This document shows positions 9,486 through 19,636 of a stretch of 64,000 nt of DNA, in pieces. Origin of the DNA: Nitrosopumilus sp. (lineage in GTDB: Archaea; Thermoproteota; Nitrososphaeria; Nitrososphaerales; Nitrosopumilaceae); assembly GCA_965214775.1 (NCBI GenBank), contig OZ243974.1, positions 2,080,001 through 2,144,000 of the forward strand, given 5' to 3'. Position 1 is the stretch's first letter, and every line of letters begins with the position of its first letter. The position numbers were made by a program, and so were the translations under genes. The notes under the pieces were generated by a model, which was not told where the DNA came from, did no database searches, and saw nothing but the letters and a program-made list of their open reading frames with translations.

Positions 9486-10505
9486 TTGAAAAAAGCGATC
9501 AAAACATTGCATTCCATTGAAACGCGGTCTCTTGTAAAATCATTTGGAGATGTAACTGCAGTAAACGACGTGTCCTTTACAGTTGAAACCGGTGAAATTT
9601 TCGGATTCTTGGGTCCTAACGGAGCTGGCAAAAGCACTACCATGATGATTCTTACGACCCTGTTGATGCCGACTTCCGGAAAGGCGATGATCTCTGGGTT
9701 TGATGTAAGGCAGAATCCTCAAAAAGTTAGGGAAAGCATTGGATATGTCCAACAAGATACTGCCGTAGACGAATACCTGACAGGGCGGGAGAATCTGGTT
9801 CTTCAAGCAAGGCTAAACCACATTCCTATCCTGGAGATTGATTCTAGAATCGACGATGTCTTGGATTTGATAGAGTTGACCGACAAGCAAAACGAGGCAG
9901 TTGTGACCTATTCGGGAGGCATGCGAAAGCGGCTTGATATTGCAGGTGGTCTACTGCACCGTCCCAAAGTCCTGTTCTTAGATGAGCCCACCGTGGGCCT
10001 TGACATCCAAACCAGGCGCAAAATCTGGGAATACATCAAACAAATCCATGACGAGTTTGACATGACCATTTTTCTTACGACCCACTATATGGAAGAGGCA
10101 GACCAACTGTGTGACAGAATTGGAATTATCGACGGGGGGAAAATCCAGGTAATAGACTCTCCTCAAAACATGAAAAATGCAATGGGAAGCGAGATGATTT
10201 CCATAACCGTGGAAAATCAAGAGAATCTTGGGACAATTCAGTCAGAGTTTGAAAAACTGGAACATGTCTCAAAGGTTAACTGTGATCAGGGCAAGTTTTC
10301 CTTGTTTGCAACAGACGGCACGGGGGTAATACCAAAAATCTTCCAAATCTCAAATGAACTCTCTGTTACAATCACTTCTATTTCTCTAACAAGGCCTACG
10401 CTTGATGACGTCTTTATCTCGTATACGGGCCATGAAATTCGTGACGGTGATTCGGCCTACAATCCAAAACGGAGACATGCAAAAATCAGGAGGCTGCGCA
10501 TGTGA
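9486..10505 (+). CDS. DrrA-type ABC exporter ATP-binding subunit
   Basis: Walker A GPNGAGKST, signature YSGGM, Walker B LFLDEPT, TTHY. Confidence 0.95.
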   Translation: MKKAIKTLHSIETRSLVKSFGDVTAVNDVSFTVETGEIFGFLGPNGAGKSTTMMILTTLLMPTSGKAMISGFDVRQNPQKVRESIGYVQQDTAVDEYLTGRENLVLQARLNHIPILEIDSRIDDVLDLIELTDKQNEAVVTYSGGMRKRLDIAGGLLHRPKVLFLDEPTVGLDIQTRRKIWEYIKQIHDEFDMTIFLTTHYMEEADQLCDRIGIIDGGKIQVIDSPQNMKNAMGSEMISITVENQENLGTIQSEFEKLEHVSKVNCDQGKFSLFATDGTGVIPKIFQISNELSVTITSISLTRPTLDDVFISYTGHEIRDGDSAYNPKRRHAKIRRLRM

Positions 10506-11287
10506 TTGCCTTGATGTATGACACTTATACAATCTTTTGGAGGGAACTAAAGCGGTACAAAAAATCCAAAAGCGGAGTCTTAATCCGGTTAATCCAGCCC
10601 GCAATCTGGATCATTGTAATCGGCAATACTTTTTCAGGAACCCAGCCCTTGATTCAATCAGTTGGATTTGAAGGCGAATACATCGAGTTCATGGCACCGG
10701 GAGTCATAATCCTGACTGCAATCTTTACAAGCATCTTTGGGGGGGTCAACACTTTGTGGGACAGGCGCTACGGGTTCATGAACAAGGCGCTAACCTCTCC
10801 AATCTCGCGTTCTGCAATTGCGCTGGGAAAAATGTCTGCAATCTCACTGATTGCCGCATTGCAAGCCAGTCTGATTTTGGGGATTGCGCTGGCCATTGGG
10901 GTGACTTTTCCCAACCCGATAATGATTGTACCAATCATGGCAATTGTCATCTTGTTTTCTTTGGGATTTTCAGGGATATCCGTAATGGTCGCAGCTACTG
11001 CAAAGTCCCAGGAGACTTTTTGGGGCGTGATCAATTTTCTTGGAATGCCCCTGTTCATGCTCAGCCCAGCCCTGTTCCCCTTGGAATTGTTGCCTGACTG
11101 GCTTGCCGCAGTTGCAAAACTGAATCCTGTAACTTACACCGTTTTGCTTGTCCGCGAGATGATGACCGGGGTCTCTGAAGGTGAAATATCTGTAATTCTG
11201 AGCCTGGGAGTCATCTGCGTGTTTGTACTTGTGATGGTTGGACTTGCCAGCTACGTCTTTACGCACGAGGTAGACAAGCCGTTCTGA
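10502..11287 (+). CDS. ABC-2 type permease
   Basis: Multiple TM helices, FMAPG and NPVTY motifs; overlaps ATPase stop. Confidence 0.93.
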   Translation: MIALMYDTYTIFWRELKRYKKSKSGVLIRLIQPAIWIIVIGNTFSGTQPLIQSVGFEGEYIEFMAPGVIILTAIFTSIFGGVNTLWDRRYGFMNKALTSPISRSAIALGKMSAISLIAALQASLILGIALAIGVTFPNPIMIVPIMAIVILFSLGFSGISVMVAATAKSQETFWGVINFLGMPLFMLSPALFPLELLPDWLAAVAKLNPVTYTVLLVREMMTGVSEGEISVILSLGVICVFVLVMVGLASYVFTHEVDKPF

Positions 11288-11358
11288 CATAAAGTTGACA
11301 AGAACTGCAACATTAGCTAACTCTGGTACTGTTTCTTAAACTTTGAAACTCACTATAG

Positions 11359-12924
11359 TTGAAACTGTTTCTGACGCTTTCAATATTTTCAGTACTTCTT
11401 CTAGCTAATTCTTTTGCCCAAAATTCGTCTGCAATGACTGATTATGAGGAAATTGGCAAGTGGGGCTCTCTTGGAACCCAGCCGGGAAAATTTGTCAATC
11501 CGCTGCAAATTGCAGTGGGCGAAGATGGCAGCGTCTATGTGAATGATCTGGGAACAAAAAGGGTTCAAAAATTCCAGAGCAGCGGCCATTACGTGCTTGA
11601 CTGGGGTTCTAGCGGAAAGCAATCCGGCGGATTTTACTATCCTGCAGGAATTGCAGTAAGCAGTGACGCTGTATTTGTTGCAGATAGGGACCTTCACAGA
11701 ATTCAAAAATTTAGCCTGGGTGGCGAATTTGTCCTCGAATGGGGACAGAAAGGAGGCTATGAGGGACAACTGTTCTTCCCAAACGACATCGCAATTTACA
11801 ACGATAAACTCTATGTGGTTGACACTGGCAATCAGCGCATTCAGGTATTCTCCGCTGAAGAAGGCCGGTTCCTTTATTCGTTTGGCTCAAGCGGTCTGGG
11901 TGAGGGACGATTTGTTGCACCTGTAGGAATTGCAGTCGATTTGGATGGCAATGTATATGTCACAGACAGAGGAAACAGCAAGATAGAAAAATTCTCTTCT
12001 GACGGCGTTTTTGCAAAGTCCCTTGCATATTATTACCATGAATACGCCTTTTCTCCTGAGGCAATCGCAGTTGATCCTAACGGCGACCTCTTTGTCGTAA
12101 ATTCCGCAAACGGCAGGATTCTGCATTTGTCGCCAGATTCCAGTCTGCTGTTAAGGCCCGTTGAAACGATTGGTCCATACCCTGACTCATTTGTCACTGT
12201 CTCTGACATTGAAATTGGGATCAACGGTGAGTTGTTAATCGTTGATTCCTCGGCAAACAAAATCCTCGTCTTTGAGACAGAATTTTATGAACAGTCCGCA
12301 GACGCAATTCCATATTTTGAACCTGTAATTGAGAGAGAGGTTCTTGATCAAACCAAACCTGATATCGCCGCTCCTGAATCTCTGATTGTTGAGGCAACCG
12401 GCAGGCTGACCAGCGTGGACATTGGAAACGCCACCGCATTTGACGAATACGGAATCAAGGCCATCATCAACAATGCCCCTGAATCGTTCTCCCCGGGAAT
12501 CTCCAATGTCATCTGGGTGGCCTTTGACAATACCGGTCACACATCAAGTGCTTACCAGACAGTAAACGTTGTTGCATGTGGCAAAAATGCTTCTGATTAC
12601 AATATCATTGAGGGAACCGAGTCTGATGACGTCATAGCTGGAACTGATGGCGATGACTTGATCTTTGGACTGTCTGGAAATGACATAATTTCAGGCGGAT
12701 TGGGAAATGACTGCATATATGGCGGTCCTGGAGATGACATTATTTCTGGAAACGGCGGCGATGACACCCTCAAAGGGGATTCTGGCAATGATGTTCTAAA
12801 AGGAGGCCCTGGATCTGATGTGATCTATTCTCATGCCGGCTCTGACGTGCTAAACGGCGGCACCTATCTTGATCGGTGTTATCCATACTCGGTGACTGAT
12901 GTCTTGGTAAACTGTGAAGAATAG
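11359..12924 (+). CDS. Secreted NHL-repeat protein with HYR-like domain and RTX Ca-binding repeats
   Basis: Repeated GQLFFPNDIA/VYVTDRGN NHL blades; C-terminal GGxGxDxx nonapeptides; signal peptide. Confidence 0.9.
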   Translation: MKLFLTLSIFSVLLLANSFAQNSSAMTDYEEIGKWGSLGTQPGKFVNPLQIAVGEDGSVYVNDLGTKRVQKFQSSGHYVLDWGSSGKQSGGFYYPAGIAVSSDAVFVADRDLHRIQKFSLGGEFVLEWGQKGGYEGQLFFPNDIAIYNDKLYVVDTGNQRIQVFSAEEGRFLYSFGSSGLGEGRFVAPVGIAVDLDGNVYVTDRGNSKIEKFSSDGVFAKSLAYYYHEYAFSPEAIAVDPNGDLFVVNSANGRILHLSPDSSLLLRPVETIGPYPDSFVTVSDIEIGINGELLIVDSSANKILVFETEFYEQSADAIPYFEPVIEREVLDQTKPDIAAPESLIVEATGRLTSVDIGNATAFDEYGIKAIINNAPESFSPGISNVIWVAFDNTGHTSSAYQTVNVVACGKNASDYNIIEGTESDDVIAGTDGDDLIFGLSGNDIISGGLGNDCIYGGPGDDIISGNGGDDTLKGDSGNDVLKGGPGSDVIYSHAGSDVLNGGTYLDRCYPYSVTDVLVNCEE

Positions 12925-12939
12925 GCAGGTTGATTGATT

Positions 12940-12947
12940 CTATATAG
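12940..12947. promoter_or_regulatory. CTATATAG palindrome upstream of pstS (candidate Pho box)
   Basis: Same 8-mer at 14864, 29321 and 59391 upstream of other genes. Confidence 0.55.
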
Positions 12948-13020
12948 TTAATGGAGACGTATTGTTTTTTCGTAATCTATTATTGATATTTGTAAATAAA
13001 TTCTGAATCATGTAACTCCA

Positions 13021-14277
13021 ATGAAAACAAAGATGACATCGTTACTACTGCTGATTGCAACCCTGGTTGCAATAGTACCTCCGTTAAGCGCAAACGCAGA
13101 CTCGATGCCAGATGAACCAATGGATAATCTTGAATACAATCTAACTGGTGCCGGTGCAACATTCCCGTTCCCGCTGATTGATCTGTGGAGAGTTGAATAC
13201 AACAACTTGTACAACAACGTAAATCTGAACTATCAATCAATTGGAAGCGGCGGCGGAATCAAGCAGCACATTGAAAAGACCGTAAATTTTGCAGCCTCCG
13301 ACAAACCGATGAGCGAGTCTGAAAGTGAACTGGCCCCAGGCACACTGCATATTCCAGAATCGATTGGCGGCGTGGTTCTGGTTTACAACGTGCCTGAAGT
13401 TCCAAACAAAGGACTCAAACTGACTGCCGATGCAGTCGCAGGAATCTTTTTGGGAGAAATCACAAAATGGAATGATCCTGCCATTGCGTCAGAGAATCCC
13501 GGCTTGAATCTTCCGGACAAGGACATTGTAACTGCACATAGATCAGATGGCTCTGGAACTACCTTTATCTTCACTGACTATCTGTCAGTCGTTAGCCCTG
13601 CATGGGATGAACAAATTGGTAAGGGCAAATCCGTTCCATGGCCAAGCGGTCTGGCCGCTGCCGGGAACGAAGGAGTCGCAGGCATTGTAAAGTCCACAGA
13701 ATACTCGATTGGATACATTGAACTTGCCTACGCATTCCAGACTGGAATGGCATATGCTTCGGTTCAAAACGCTGACAAGTCTGCATTCGTTGAACCTACT
13801 TTGGAGAGCATCTCTGCTGCTTCAAGTGGCGTTGCAGACTCCCTGCCGGCAGCTGCTGACAGCTGGGTTGGCGTTTCATTGGTAAATGCACCGGGTGCCG
13901 ATTCATACCCTCTTGCAAGCTTTACATACCTCTTGGTGTATGATGATCTAAAGCCGGTAACTGACAACAAAGAACAGGCAAAGGCTGTAATCCACCTGAT
14001 TCATTGGATGATTACTGATGGTCAGGAATTCTCATCAAGCCTGCTCTATGTTCCTCTTGCCGATAGGGTAACTGAACTTGGCAAGGAAGGTCTGGGCCAA
14101 GTAACCTATGGTGGAGAATCCCTTTGGGACTATGAGGCATCTGCAGACTCGGGAAGCCTGGAAATTCCAAAATGGATTAGGGACAATGCAAAGTGGTGGT
14201 CAGAAGGACTGATCTCTGATCAGGACTACGTCAACGGACTGCAATTCCTCATTAAACAAGGAATTCTCAAAGTCTGA
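13021..14277 (+). CDS. pstS: Phosphate ABC transporter substrate-binding protein
   Basis: GAGATFPFP, YQSIGSGGG, HRSDGSGTT motifs; thaumarchaeal IPKWIRDNAKWW tail. Confidence 0.97.
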   Translation: MKTKMTSLLLLIATLVAIVPPLSANADSMPDEPMDNLEYNLTGAGATFPFPLIDLWRVEYNNLYNNVNLNYQSIGSGGGIKQHIEKTVNFAASDKPMSESESELAPGTLHIPESIGGVVLVYNVPEVPNKGLKLTADAVAGIFLGEITKWNDPAIASENPGLNLPDKDIVTAHRSDGSGTTFIFTDYLSVVSPAWDEQIGKGKSVPWPSGLAAAGNEGVAGIVKSTEYSIGYIELAYAFQTGMAYASVQNADKSAFVEPTLESISAASSGVADSLPAAADSWVGVSLVNAPGADSYPLASFTYLLVYDDLKPVTDNKEQAKAVIHLIHWMITDGQEFSSSLLYVPLADRVTELGKEGLGQVTYGGESLWDYEASADSGSLEIPKWIRDNAKWWSEGLISDQDYVNGLQFLIKQGILKV

Positions 14278-14303
14278 TCTTTTTCTTTTTTTTCTTTATT
14301 TTG
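14278..14303 (+). terminator. T-tract terminator after pstS
   Basis: TCTTTTTCTTTTTTTTCTTTATTTTG directly after the stop. Confidence 0.65.
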
Positions 14304-14328
14304 TGATGGGATCCTGTCCCAAACTCCA

Positions 14329-14629
14329 CAGAAAGCTGGTTCGAAATTAGCAAACTCTGATTATTTGCGAACGAATTTGCATAGAACGGCTCAAAACACC
14401 AGCAAAATACAAACTATCTGTGAAATTACATGAAAAATTCGCACGGTTTCTGATTTCGGATCACCTCTCAGAAATCTGGTTTGAAATCAGCAAATCCTGA
14501 TCATGCATAGACGAGCTTACATCGAATAGATCAATTCTTACAGGCCACAAGTTATCTGCGAAATTGCCTGACAAATGTACGAGAAAATCCTGGCACTTGC
14601 GCGGCTTCTAATTTCAAGTCAATTTTCTG
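14329..14629 (+). mobile_element. Two tandem degenerate copies of MITE-like family F (about 14329-14468, 14469-14629)
   Basis: Both start CAGAAA.CTGGTT.GAAAT.AGCA; second ends TTCTAATTTCAAGTCAATTTTCTG (imperfect inverted repeat); homologous to 28026, 43887 and 46505 copies. Confidence 0.65.
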
Positions 14630-14863
14630 CCTTGGTCTTGTCTGTATGGCGCGCATCGTGACGCATTGGAGGGTTTGGTACCCGTATAGTGATGACTGCA
14701 AGTCTTTGATCATCAAAAGGTGCATTTCTGGGAAATTCACACCCATGTGCGCTCAAACTTTTAATCATCGTTATGGGTGGTCACATACGGGACAAGGCCT
14801 AATTACGTTTTATGCGGTTATTCTCATTTCTTGTTGTTTCGTGATTTTAGAATTGCCGCAATA

Positions 14864-14871
14864 CTATATAG
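14864..14871. promoter_or_regulatory. CTATATAG palindrome upstream of the triple-repeat gene
   Basis: Identical to the motif upstream of pstS, pstC and sixA. Confidence 0.45.
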
Positions 14872-14955
14872 CATTACGATAACTAACTATCTCAATATTC
14901 GGTTCGTAGAGAATTAGGATCAAGATTATATCGTGTTTTGAAAAACTGAATTTCA

Positions 14956-16560
14956 ATGACGACAAAAAACGTGATAACGACGACAACGACAACAACATTC
15001 AGCCTAGTTGCAATTCTTGCAATTGGAGCAATTGCCGAATTTAACAGCGCATTTGCAGAAGAAGAATCAACTACAAGATACAAGATGGCAGATGATATTG
15101 AGGCAATTCTGACATTTACCTTTAGAGATGGCGTAGAAGTACACAAATTCCCGGTTTTCAACATGGGTGAAAATTTTGTTGCTAACAGCGGAATCTCATT
15201 TCAAGTAGAAGGTATTCTGAATGAAGCCCCTCATTTGCACAAGGCACTAGACTATGCGTACCAATACCGGCTTCAAACTTCCGGCGGTTCTAGTTTCGAA
15301 TACGACTATAGGTATTTTGAAGTAGACGTCGACTTTGCCAGACATGGCAAGGTTATCAAAACCCTCAACTATCATGATTGTGGCATTGCCGACTATGAGG
15401 TAAAGACACTTAGAGACGACCAAGAAAGTTACATGTCCTCTAAGACTGGATTTGCAATAGTTGATCACATTGATTTCAATTGTGGTGGGCTAGACGGTAT
15501 TGATCCTGACGTATCTAATGTAAGGGCAACTGAAAGAACATACACTGACTTTGGCTCGCTTGACTACAAATTTGCAAATGATGTAAGGACAATCGTCACT
15601 TTTGATTTTGACGAGGGCGTAGAAAGAATCGAGTTCCCGTTCTTTGAGACAACCTCTGGATTTTCAGAAGATTTTGACAATGTTGCTGCTCAATTTGAGG
15701 TAGAAAGTGTTGTGGCAGATTATCCGTTGCTTTATGCAGCAATTGACAAGTCAAGGCAGGTTTCTGGAATTGCTACTGTATTCAACAATTACTTTGATGC
15801 ATTTGTTGAATTTACCAAAGACGGCGAGGTTCTTCGTGCCATTAACTATAGAGACTGTATCGTAGGTTCTGCTGAAATCAATACCTGGCAAGACAAGGAA
15901 GACGGCTATACTGGAAAATCTGGATTTGCAATGGTCAATCAAATCGGATTTGACTGTGCTGGACTGACTCCGGTCAATGATAATTTGGAATCATTGTATG
16001 GTGATGCGCCGATTTGGAAAACCAGACACGTATCCAACACTCTTCCTGCACATGAATTTCCAACTTCTGGAAACGTTCGTGCCATAGCTACATTTACCTT
16101 TGAAGACGGACAGGAATTTGTTGACTTTCCATTCTATGATCAAGGAGATGTTTTGGCAAAATCTAATCCGACATTCGTACTTGAGGGAATAGTAGGCGAC
16201 ACTCCTCTGCTCTATGATGTAATTGACGAAAATCTCAGCATCCAACGCCAGTCTGGAACAAACCCCGTATTGCAGTTATTCCAAGTTGACATTGAACTGG
16301 TTTCAGATGGAAGACATGTTCGTACGTTCAACTATAGCGATTGCAGGGTGACTGATTATGTTGTCGAGTCAGACCGCGATAAGGAAGACGGTTACTTTAA
16401 GGGATTTGCCTTGGCAAACATCATTGATTTTGAATGTTTGGGGTATCATCCAAACAATCCTGCCTATGATGCGATGTTTGAGGTGGAAAAAGCAAAGAAC
16501 ATCAAATCAAGTGACCTGAGAAACACCCAAGATTGGGGGGAAGACTTCTACGTACGGTAG
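14956..16560 (+). CDS. Secreted protein with three tandem ~140-aa repeats (Hcp/tail-tube-like by eye)
   Basis: Signal peptide ending AFA-E; three repeats with TFxFxDG, FP.F, P.L..., NYxDC, GFA...IxFxCxG; T-tract follows stop. Confidence 0.85.
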   Translation: MTTKNVITTTTTTTFSLVAILAIGAIAEFNSAFAEEESTTRYKMADDIEAILTFTFRDGVEVHKFPVFNMGENFVANSGISFQVEGILNEAPHLHKALDYAYQYRLQTSGGSSFEYDYRYFEVDVDFARHGKVIKTLNYHDCGIADYEVKTLRDDQESYMSSKTGFAIVDHIDFNCGGLDGIDPDVSNVRATERTYTDFGSLDYKFANDVRTIVTFDFDEGVERIEFPFFETTSGFSEDFDNVAAQFEVESVVADYPLLYAAIDKSRQVSGIATVFNNYFDAFVEFTKDGEVLRAINYRDCIVGSAEINTWQDKEDGYTGKSGFAMVNQIGFDCAGLTPVNDNLESLYGDAPIWKTRHVSNTLPAHEFPTSGNVRAIATFTFEDGQEFVDFPFYDQGDVLAKSNPTFVLEGIVGDTPLLYDVIDENLSIQRQSGTNPVLQLFQVDIELVSDGRHVRTFNYSDCRVTDYVVESDRDKEDGYFKGFALANIIDFECLGYHPNNPAYDAMFEVEKAKNIKSSDLRNTQDWGEDFYVR

Positions 16561-16658
16561 CATATCTTTTTCTCTTTTTTCTTTTATTTCCATTTAGACG
16601 GTCTCAACCAAGTGAAATGTAAACTGGTTGTCGTTTCTGCCTTGTTGTTGAGGTGTCG

Positions 16659-16746
16659 TAGTGCGTACAGTTGAAAATCGAATATTTTTTTGGCAAAATA
16701 GATACGATGTGTCAAAATCATATTCCATTTTTTGATGTTGGTACTA
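16659..16746. mobile_element. MITE family C (88 bp, TAGT...ACTA ends, flanked by CG)
   Basis: gtCG-TAGTGCGTACAGTTGAAAA...TTTTTTGATGTTGGTACTA-CGta; 88-bp homolog at 39709-39796. Confidence 0.7.
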
Positions 16747-16867
16747 CGTACCTCTTGCCCAGTTTCTGTTTTTACTTGGTTTTTTGGCACATCTCAGCTG
16801 TGGGCCCAACATGGATAATATGGCGCCTGTTGCAGATGAGATTTGACATAATGTCTCTTACATGACG

Positions 16868-18002
16868 TAGTATCTACGTCAGCCATTTGTTCATCTTTAC
16901 CACCTTTATCTCGCCCCTGCGCGTCATACTGCGCAGTGATCTCTGCATCTCCTTGACGGTCTTGTAAAGGCAGTTTGAAGTCGCCTTTTTGAACCCGCGC
17001 CACTGCCCCTCCGAGTTGTTAAGCTCCGGCGCGTACGGCGGCAGGTACTTTAGCACCACGTCCCCGTTCCACTTGGCCATCTTTCTATTGAGTTCTGCTG
17101 ACTTGTGGTACGATGCGTTGTCGACAAACAACAACACCTTGCCGTACTTGCGGCGCAGTGTCCTGAGAAACTTGTAGAACGTCCCCGTGTTGGCCTTTTC
17201 GTAAAAGCGATAGTCAAACCTGTTTCTTGAGAGGGCCCCTATGACATAGAACCGCTTCCTGGACAGGCTGACGGGCGTATAGACCGGCTCTCCTACGGGG
17301 TACCAGCTGTTCTTGACGTTCCATCCCAGTATGAACATGGACTCGTCGCCTATCATTACCGTGTACCCCTTTTTTGAATAGTACTTTGCGCTCTGCCTAG
17401 CTTTTTTTTTGAACTCCTTTTTCTCGGATTCTGAGGCTGATTTTGGGTGTTTTGGCCTGGGCTTTCTGCATGAGAAGCCGATTCTGTGCAGCAGGTCGTA
17501 CATGCTCGTTTCTGCATACGTGATGCCGAACTTCTTTTTGACGTGGGCAATGACCAGCGGCCCTGTCCATGTTGTGGCCTTAAAGCCGCAGTTGTCCGGG
17601 CCCTTGATCAGGTCTGCGCGCAGCCGTTCAAGCTGTTTCTTGTCGAGCCTGCACGGGGCGCCATGCTTTATGTCAAACCTGCCCTCCAGGCCATGCTTGT
17701 GCGCACGCACCAGCCAGTATCGTACGGTTCCATACGGCCTGCTCAGCTTCTCGGCAATATCATATATGCTCGCGCCGCACTTTCTCATGTGGTATGCAAG
17801 GAGCCGGATTGCCGCCTTGGCGTCCTTCTCGGACTTGTGCATCCTAAAAAGCTCGTCCTTGCTTGCTATCCCGTACAGGAACGCTGTTCCCGTCGGTAAT
17901 TCCTTCTTTCCTTTCATGTGTATATATGGGACTAATAGCTCTTAGATCCTTTGGTTGAAAAAAATTGTCCTTTTTGTGATCAATTGGTAGCCGAGGATAC
18001 TA
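16868..18002 (-). mobile_element. IS630-family element A, copy 1 (1135 bp)
   Basis: Imperfect TIRs TAGTATCTACGTCAGCCATTTG / CAATTGGTAGCCGAGGATACTA; near-identical inverted copy at 24307-25440; CG on both flanks. Confidence 0.95.
16874..17917 (-). CDS. IS630-family transposase (single frame)
   Basis: GDES...VDNASYH...LPPYAPELNNSE DDE motifs; N-terminal HTH. Confidence 0.96.
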   Translation of the reverse strand: MKGKKELPTGTAFLYGIASKDELFRMHKSEKDAKAAIRLLAYHMRKCGASIYDIAEKLSRPYGTVRYWLVRAHKHGLEGRFDIKHGAPCRLDKKQLERLRADLIKGPDNCGFKATTWTGPLVIAHVKKKFGITYAETSMYDLLHRIGFSCRKPRPKHPKSASESEKKEFKKKARQSAKYYSKKGYTVMIGDESMFILGWNVKNSWYPVGEPVYTPVSLSRKRFYVIGALSRNRFDYRFYEKANTGTFYKFLRTLRRKYGKVLLFVDNASYHKSAELNRKMAKWNGDVVLKYLPPYAPELNNSEGQWRGFKKATSNCLYKTVKEMQRSLRSMTRRGEIKVVKMNKWLT

Positions 18003-18151
18003 CGGTACGACCTAATTTTCGTACAATAGACAACAAACTATAGCAAAATACATGCTTATATTATACAGGAACACATACCACGCATGACTCGTATCACGAT
18101 AACACCGCTTACACTTTTGACTTTACATAGGAAGTCTGAGGTGATGACAGC

Positions 18152-19636
18152 ATGAAGACGACTATCGTCGTCGTCCCGTGCATGTTGCTTGGACTATGCA
18201 TTATTGCACTGTATGTGGCAGCTGTCGCCCCCGACGCGCCAAACGCACATGCCGCACCCGCATCCCCTGCCGAGCAGCTGAGATCCGGGGTGGCACCAGA
18301 CCAGGTCAGGTGCGGCGAGGGCAAGGTACTGGTGATCCGCCCCGGCGATAGGCCCGCATGCGTGAGCCCGTCCACGGCAGACCGGCTGGGACTCGAGCCG
18401 GTCGTACGCGCAGTGCCTGACAGGCCACAGAAAGTCGTCATGCAGGAGGACGGCCGCACACCAGATGATGCCGCCAACAACATAAACAATGCAGAAGACG
18501 GCAGGGTTCCGCGTCACTTTGTCACGTTCTTTCGCGGCGAGCCCATCGACGTGACTGTCATGGTGAGCCCCGACCGAACCGGATACTGGAGGGATGGAAC
18601 TACAAAGGCGGAGCTTGACGAGTTGGTAAGCAAGTTTGCAGAGCACCTGACCGGCCACTCCATAGTCAGGGATACCGTCACAGTCAGGACCCCGGAGGTG
18701 CGATCGTACGTGCCTGCAGAGTACGAGGAACCTGACGAGGACTCTGGCGCAAAGGCATACAACTTCCGCCATGGAACCGGCTCTGGCTGGTTCATATCCG
18801 ACAATACGTATGGGGGCAACTTTATAGACCACCAGGGGTGGGATGAGGGTTCAGTAAGGGTAATCAGGCATGACTATGTCGGGTTTCTGTCGGAGTTTAT
18901 GGACGCCATGGGCTTTGAGGGCTGGGGCTTTTACTGCCCACATGATGAATGCAAACACCAATTTGGCCATGATCACTTTGTGTACACGCTGATCAACGGG
19001 AAGACCTCCGATGAGAGAAGGTCCCATGCAGAAATACTGGACGAACACGGGCCGCATATGGGAACCATCGAATCATATCTTTCACATCTAAATATGGCGA
19101 GAGGACGTGTCAGTTCAGAATACAGTGATGAACACATGGAAACCAAACAAAGACTGGCGGACACGTACCCCACCGCAGAGGAGATCATCAACAACTATCC
19201 AAAGTACAAGGAGCACATGAGGGAGTACTTGGAACCGCGCACAACTCAGTACAAGGCCGAATACAACGGCACGGGCAGGATAGACTTCAAATTCGACTCC
19301 GGTTCCACCGTAATGCGTTTTAACGGATGGTCTGACTATCCCGTACCGGATCCCGTCCTGAACAGGACCGAGGCCATAAAGAGGGCGCTGGAGTTTGCTC
19401 GTACCGACGAATTCATGCTGGACAGGTGCGTCATCGACGTACCGGATAGATCCGAGGAGGACAGGCCGCGGTACATCTATCTCACACAAGTGGCATCTAC
19501 CCCTTTCTGGAATGTGGACGGGATCTCATGTAACAGCGGCCACGGTGTGCTGATATACGTGGATGCCCTAGACGGTAAGACCGTCTGGTTCAAAGGTGAT
19601 GGCCAAAGCACATCCAGCAAGAAAGCAAGGCAGTAG
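18152..19636 (+). CDS. Secreted/anchored hypothetical protein with thaumarchaeal SPxxQ...PACV surface motif
   Basis: Hydrophobic N-terminus; SPAEQLRSGV...CGEGKVLVIRPGDRPACVSPSTADRL; stop TAG overlaps the IS end. Confidence 0.8.
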   Translation: MKTTIVVVPCMLLGLCIIALYVAAVAPDAPNAHAAPASPAEQLRSGVAPDQVRCGEGKVLVIRPGDRPACVSPSTADRLGLEPVVRAVPDRPQKVVMQEDGRTPDDAANNINNAEDGRVPRHFVTFFRGEPIDVTVMVSPDRTGYWRDGTTKAELDELVSKFAEHLTGHSIVRDTVTVRTPEVRSYVPAEYEEPDEDSGAKAYNFRHGTGSGWFISDNTYGGNFIDHQGWDEGSVRVIRHDYVGFLSEFMDAMGFEGWGFYCPHDECKHQFGHDHFVYTLINGKTSDERRSHAEILDEHGPHMGTIESYLSHLNMARGRVSSEYSDEHMETKQRLADTYPTAEEIINNYPKYKEHMREYLEPRTTQYKAEYNGTGRIDFKFDSGSTVMRFNGWSDYPVPDPVLNRTEAIKRALEFARTDEFMLDRCVIDVPDRSEEDRPRYIYLTQVASTPFWNVDGISCNSGHGVLIYVDALDGKTVWFKGDGQSTSSKKARQ

